From IMG/VR virus record IMGVR_UViG_3300025296_001443: a stretch of DNA of 64,000 nucleotides. One strand, written 5' to 3'. The position numbers and the translations under genes were made by a program. The DNA is from an uncultured virus (IMG/VR IMGVR_UViG_3300025296_001443) (Duplodnaviria > Heunggongvirae > Uroviricota > Caudoviricetes). The notes under the pieces are model-generated. The model did no database searches and had not been told where the DNA came from. It was given only the letters and a program-made list of their open reading frames with translations. Shown piece after piece: positions 59,970 to 64,000 of the stretch (position 1 is the stretch's first letter; each line of letters begins with the position of its first letter).

Positions 59970-60771
59970 TATGTTTTGTATATATTTTTCTTAAAGTAGC
60001 TCGTTGTTTATCTGATAATAAAATATGTTTATCACCATTTTTATTTACTTTTTCAATTACTGATTGACAAAAATTATTTTCCCATTCATTTAATTTATTT
60101 TTATTAATAGTATTTAAAAAATTAATTAAGTTTTGATATTTATCTCCTTCTATTCTATTTAATAATTCTTTAGGAATAGCTTGATGAGTAACTCCTTCAA
60201 TACCTTTTCTTCTCATATGAAAATATAATTCTCTACATAATTGAACATCTAATAAAGCATCGTGATAATTATGAACTCCTCTATGAAAAAAATGTTTAAA
60301 ACATTCTTCTAATTTAGGAAATTTATAATCATTATAATCTGCTTTTAATTTTAATTGATCTTTAGCCATCATCATAGTACAATGTAAGTTTTGTGGCTTT
60401 TTATAAATAAATTTTAAAATTGATAATTCTCGTTCTAATATTTGTAAATCAAAAGCTAAATTATGAGCAATCATTGTATGACATTTACTTATAAAATAAG
60501 TCATTATAGATAAAGGATATTGTAAAGCTATTCCAGTATCTTGTGCTTCTTGAGTAGATATTCCATGAATATCTTCAGCTTCTTTAGGAATAATAAAATC
60601 AGGCATATCTCTAGATTTAGGTTCTATTCTGCTAGAATATTGAGCTATAATTTTTTCTTTATCATCACAAACTTGAAAAGCTATACTTACAAGTCTAGGT
60701 TGATCTTTATGATTAAAAAGTAAATCCCTTCTCCATAATCCATTAGTTTCCGTATCAAAAAATATATACAT
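59959..60771 (-). CDS. DnaQ-like 3'-5' exonuclease (DEDDh)
   Basis: FFDTETNG, IHGI, AHNLAFD, HDALLDV. Confidence 0.9.
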   Translation of the reverse strand: MYIFFDTETNGLWRRDLLFNHKDQPRLVSIAFQVCDDKEKIIAQYSSRIEPKSRDMPDFIIPKEAEDIHGISTQEAQDTGIALQYPLSIMTYFISKCHTMIAHNLAFDLQILERELSILKFIYKKPQNLHCTMMMAKDQLKLKADYNDYKFPKLEECFKHFFHRGVHNYHDALLDVQLCRELYFHMRRKGIEGVTHQAIPKELLNRIEGDKYQNLINFLNTINKNKLNEWENNFCQSVIEKVNKNGDKHILLSDKQRATLRKIYTKHNGK

Positions 60772-60959
60772 TATAATCCTTTCGTTAATTTAAATTCAAG
60801 ACCTTTAATTTCTACTTTTGCGTCTTGTTTATTTTCTTTAAGATAAATTTCCATAAACAAACAAGCTGCTGTTAATGCTTGTACATCAGCTTTGTAATTT
60901 GGATCACTATATTTTTGTGCATGTTTTAGTAAAACATTTATTGCTGCTATCTTATTCAT
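60771..60959 (-). CDS. Hypothetical protein
   Basis: Coupled small ORF. Confidence 0.4.
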   Translation of the reverse strand: MNKIAAINVLLKHAQKYSDPNYKADVQALTAACLFMEIYLKENKQDAKVEIKGLEFKLTKGL

Positions 60960-62457
60960 AAGCCTCCTTTCCTATATTTGGTTGTTTAAATTCTTCAGTT
61001 TGTATTTGAAAACTTGGTATTGACCAAGTATTCGTAAATTTTCCTTTTATCTTTTTTCCGCTATGAGTAGCACCTAAATTTTTAAGATAGGCAGTAATTT
61101 CATGTAGTTTAAATTCTTTAAATCGATGTCTATCTAAAAATTCCATAAAATCATTTATTCTAAATTCTGTTATTTCATCTTGAATAATAGATTTTCCTCT
61201 TAATAAATCTTCTATTTCTGTGGAAGAAGTGGAACCAGTACAAAATCTTTCTAATAGATCAAATAATCTACCTTCATTACTACTATCTTTAGGTGCTTCT
61301 ACAGCAATAACTCTTGACATTAAATCATTAACTGTTTCAGTCCATAATTTATCATCTATTTTAGGAAGAAGTATATCTAAATTTTCAAATACAACTTGTT
61401 TAAAATCTATAAAACTATAAATTTGTTTACTAGATAATGGACCAATTTTTTTTTCACTTAAAGTTAAAAAATATTGTGGTGGATTAGTTAATATTTTAGT
61501 AATACTATTTAATGTTGGCATTGTACCATTATCATTAACTCCATATTCGCATGTAATACATTTAGTTTTATTACACACTGAATTAATTGGTGAATCTTTA
61601 CATTTATAATTATAAGTTTTTTTATCTAAACTTTGTAATACAGTTGTAAATTCTCTAGGTTTAAGTGGTGGATCAATATATTCATCATTATATTCTTCTA
61701 ATTTATCTTGCCAATCTTCTGGAAATCTTTTCCTTAAATAAACTCCAAGATTAAAAAGACCATTATTTCTACTTCCTTCACCTAGTGCTCCTTTAGAAAG
61801 TAACTGTTGGAGACAAGGAGGACCGCCTGGTAAAATTTCGTTGGATTTATTAAGTTTTTTGATAAATTTTAGATCCAGAGATTCAAGTGAATCTAATGAA
61901 AATTTTTCTATCCATTTTATAAAATGTTCTGGCGTTAATACTTGTCCATCATAAAGAGCATATCTATCAGTGGATTCACCACCAAAGTAAGGCATATTAA
62001 GCCAACTACCTACATCTTCTTTATTTAATAATTTAGTTTGTTGAGGTCTTAAATCATATTTTACAAATCCGAATGCTTTAACAATGTCTTTTAATTTATT
62101 AATCATAGAAGAAGCAGATACAAAATTTTTAGTAAAAATAAAAATGTGTGCTCCACCTGATTTTGATCTACATACTATTAAATTCTTTTTAACAAACTGT
62201 TTACTAATTTTTTCTATATCAACAGAATAGTCATCTACATCAAGACAACCCCATTTACATTGATTATTTTCATTAATAGGAATAACACCTAGACCAGTTT
62301 TACCATCTAGGTGTTCTTTCCACAATTGAGCAGTATAACTTTCTCTAATAGTCTTTCCATAGCCATCAAGCTTAGGACCTTTTCTTTCTGTAATAAAGAA
62401 TTGGCCATAAGCCCGAGTTAATCCTGGAAAGACTTTAAAAAAATCTTCAGGCTGCAT
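60952..62457 (-). CDS. AEP-superfamily primase with PriCT-like domain
   Basis: WGCLDVD, RSKSGGAH, LNMPY, PPCL, EGSRNNGLF, Cys cluster. Confidence 0.75.
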   Translation of the reverse strand: MQPEDFFKVFPGLTRAYGQFFITERKGPKLDGYGKTIRESYTAQLWKEHLDGKTGLGVIPINENNQCKWGCLDVDDYSVDIEKISKQFVKKNLIVCRSKSGGAHIFIFTKNFVSASSMINKLKDIVKAFGFVKYDLRPQQTKLLNKEDVGSWLNMPYFGGESTDRYALYDGQVLTPEHFIKWIEKFSLDSLESLDLKFIKKLNKSNEILPGGPPCLQQLLSKGALGEGSRNNGLFNLGVYLRKRFPEDWQDKLEEYNDEYIDPPLKPREFTTVLQSLDKKTYNYKCKDSPINSVCNKTKCITCEYGVNDNGTMPTLNSITKILTNPPQYFLTLSEKKIGPLSSKQIYSFIDFKQVVFENLDILLPKIDDKLWTETVNDLMSRVIAVEAPKDSSNEGRLFDLLERFCTGSTSSTEIEDLLRGKSIIQDEITEFRINDFMEFLDRHRFKEFKLHEITAYLKNLGATHSGKKIKGKFTNTWSIPSFQIQTEEFKQPNIGKEAYE

Positions 62458-62459
62458 AA

Positions 62460-63245
62460 CTAAAATGGTGTTTTAGTATTTGTTTCCTTCGATGAAGATG
62501 AATCAGTATCTACTGGTTCAGAAGCTTTTACTTTACCTTCAGATACTGAATCTGAAAGAGCTTCAGCTTGAGCAAATATTTCTTTCTTCAATACTGTACC
62601 TACTTCTTCTAATTTATATTTAAACCAACTGCCTAAATCATTTTCTGCATTTACAGTTGCTAATTTAAACATATATAAAAATGAAGGTGGTTCTACCATC
62701 TGACCTTTTATATTCATCTTTTTCATTTTAAGAAGTGTATTCCACTTTCTTGAAACTGAAAGATTACTAGATGTCATCGTTAAAACTGCAGGTTCAAACG
62801 ATTTATCTTTTTTAACTAAAACGAAATGTTCAGCTGTATCAACTATTTGATTTTCACCTAACATTGACTTTCTAGTTTTGGGATCAGTTTTAGTTCCTTC
62901 AGGTTTCATATCATGTACTGCTACAAGACCTCCCCCTTTTTCTCTAGGTACCCATTCTACATAGGACTTTCTATATCCACAAGGTATAACTGTAATCGAA
63001 TCACTATGTAATTGATTAGTAACTGTATTAAAGATATTACCTTCTTCAGCACCCTCAATATATTTTTCATCTTTCTTTTTTCTTTGAGGTGAGCCGGCTT
63101 GTACTATTGCTAATCTAGGAATAGTAATATCATCATTAGTGATATTTTCTAAACCACGACCAGCAGCTTGAATAATTAAATCACCTGAAATATCGCCTGT
63201 TGCGATTTCATTTTGTGATTTAACTGCTACTTGTTTATTCGCCAT
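62460..63245 (-). CDS. Putative ssDNA-binding/recombination protein
   Basis: IPRL.IVQ..SP, YVEW, SRKWN, C-terminal tail ending PF; replication context. Confidence 0.5.
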   Translation of the reverse strand: MANKQVAVKSQNEIATGDISGDLIIQAAGRGLENITNDDITIPRLAIVQAGSPQRKKKDEKYIEGAEEGNIFNTVTNQLHSDSITVIPCGYRKSYVEWVPREKGGGLVAVHDMKPEGTKTDPKTRKSMLGENQIVDTAEHFVLVKKDKSFEPAVLTMTSSNLSVSRKWNTLLKMKKMNIKGQMVEPPSFLYMFKLATVNAENDLGSWFKYKLEEVGTVLKKEIFAQAEALSDSVSEGKVKASEPVDTDSSSSKETNTKTPF

Positions 63246-63246
63246 A

Positions 63247-63831
63247 TTATTTCTCCTTTCCGAGTTTAACTTTTGCTATACTGGCTTCGTATACAGAAAA
63301 ATATTCTTCAGGTAATGTTTCACCTAAACTATATCTTTCTTTAGCAAAAGCTTTTAATGTGCCAGCATGAACTGAAGATTTTTCGTCATAAGGTATATTT
63401 TTAAAATTTTTATTTAATACCTTAATTAGTTTATCCGCTTCATCATACTCGCCTTTTGCAAAACTAACTTTAACATCATGTTTAATTAGTTCGCTATGTC
63501 CATTTTTTTCTAACCATGTAAGAGCACCTGCTCTTTTATCTTCTGGTATAGAACAAAATAAATCATCTTTAACTGAAATTTGACTGCCATCGGCTAAATC
63601 AAATCTAGTCATATTATTACATGACGCCATCGCATCAGGTAATTCTTTTTCTTCAATCTCACGAATTTCAACTTTTAATTCTTTAAGTCTTTCTTCTTCC
63701 TTCATAAGATTTTTCTTTTTTTTTATAAGTTTATTTCCAATAGCTGTAACTATTTCTAATCCACCTTTTGGTAAACTTTCTTTCTTCTTGTGTTTTTCGA
63801 CTGAATCGAATATCCAAGTTTCTTTACTCAT
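63247..63831 (-). CDS. Conserved phage replication-module protein (start revised to MSKETW)
   Basis: AGAAAGGAG RBS precedes the ATG at 63831; LPDAM, WL..NGH..LIK, VH..TLKAF. Confidence 0.55.
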   Translation of the reverse strand: MSKETWIFDSVEKHKKKESLPKGGLEIVTAIGNKLIKKKKNLMKEEERLKELKVEIREIEEKELPDAMASCNNMTRFDLADGSQISVKDDLFCSIPEDKRAGALTWLEKNGHSELIKHDVKVSFAKGEYDEADKLIKVLNKNFKNIPYDEKSSVHAGTLKAFAKERYSLGETLPEEYFSVYEASIAKVKLGKEK

Positions 63832-64000
63832 TACTTTCTCCTTTCTGATAAAGATCAATCTTTACATTATAATAACATTTATTTTCTCTATCCCATTTTA
63901 ACATATTTACTTTTCCATTATTAATATCCGAGGCTACCATTGAAGCAATTCCAATAGCAACTGGATCACCCATTGCAAGTAAAAAATCTTTATCATTAAA
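63824..64000 (-). CDS. 3' end of a hypothetical gene (partial)
   Basis: Hand translation ...DFLLAMGDPVAIGIA...LKWDRENKCYY...-stop. Confidence 0.5.
   Translation of the reverse strand, partial: FNDKDFLLAMGDPVAIGIASMVASDINNGKVNMLKWDRENKCYYNVKIDLYQKGESNE

Noticed and set aside
4094..61420. All plus-strand ORFs in the track, and minus-strand alternates 17631-17900, 32537-32743, 33386-33577, 35401-35601
   Set aside because: Short, overlap well-supported minus-strand genes, and have no recognisable motifs; treated as shadow frames.
1..64000. tRNA/rRNA genes, integrase, transposase, phage RNA polymerase
   Set aside because: None recognised by eye in this window; tRNAscan and HMM searches were not run and the genome continues beyond both edges.

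Overview
This window is 64 kb of an AT-rich dsDNA tailed phage genome (podovirus-like morphogenesis module; a marine alphaproteobacterial, plausibly SAR11, host is inferred from composition and a CspA gene). All credible genes are on the minus strand. Read right to left it contains: replication genes (primase, DnaQ-like exonuclease, UvrD helicase, family A polymerase) interleaved with a predicted cytosine hypermodification cluster (dCMP-type thymidylate synthase homologue, kinase, MazG-like pyrophosphatase, T4-BGT-like glycosyltransferase, nucleotide-sugar dehydrogenase, NadE-like amidase-ligase, divergent C5-methyltransferase); small early genes; terS/terL, portal, capsid, tail, a 2OG-Fe(II) oxygenase array and lysis genes; and a BtuB-like TonB-dependent receptor followed by a cobalamin-binding radical SAM gene cut by the window edge. 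The most striking signal is an 842-bp stretch (37924-38765) with no CA, TG, CC or GG dinucleotide. It holds an intact gene missed by the ORF track: a paralogue of the neighbouring gene with no Met/Trp/Cys/Gly/Pro/His/Gln codons and an apparent ACG start. My inference is a modification-free island kept by a phage that modifies cytosine in CA/CC contexts. All assignments are by-eye motif recognition; no searches were run.
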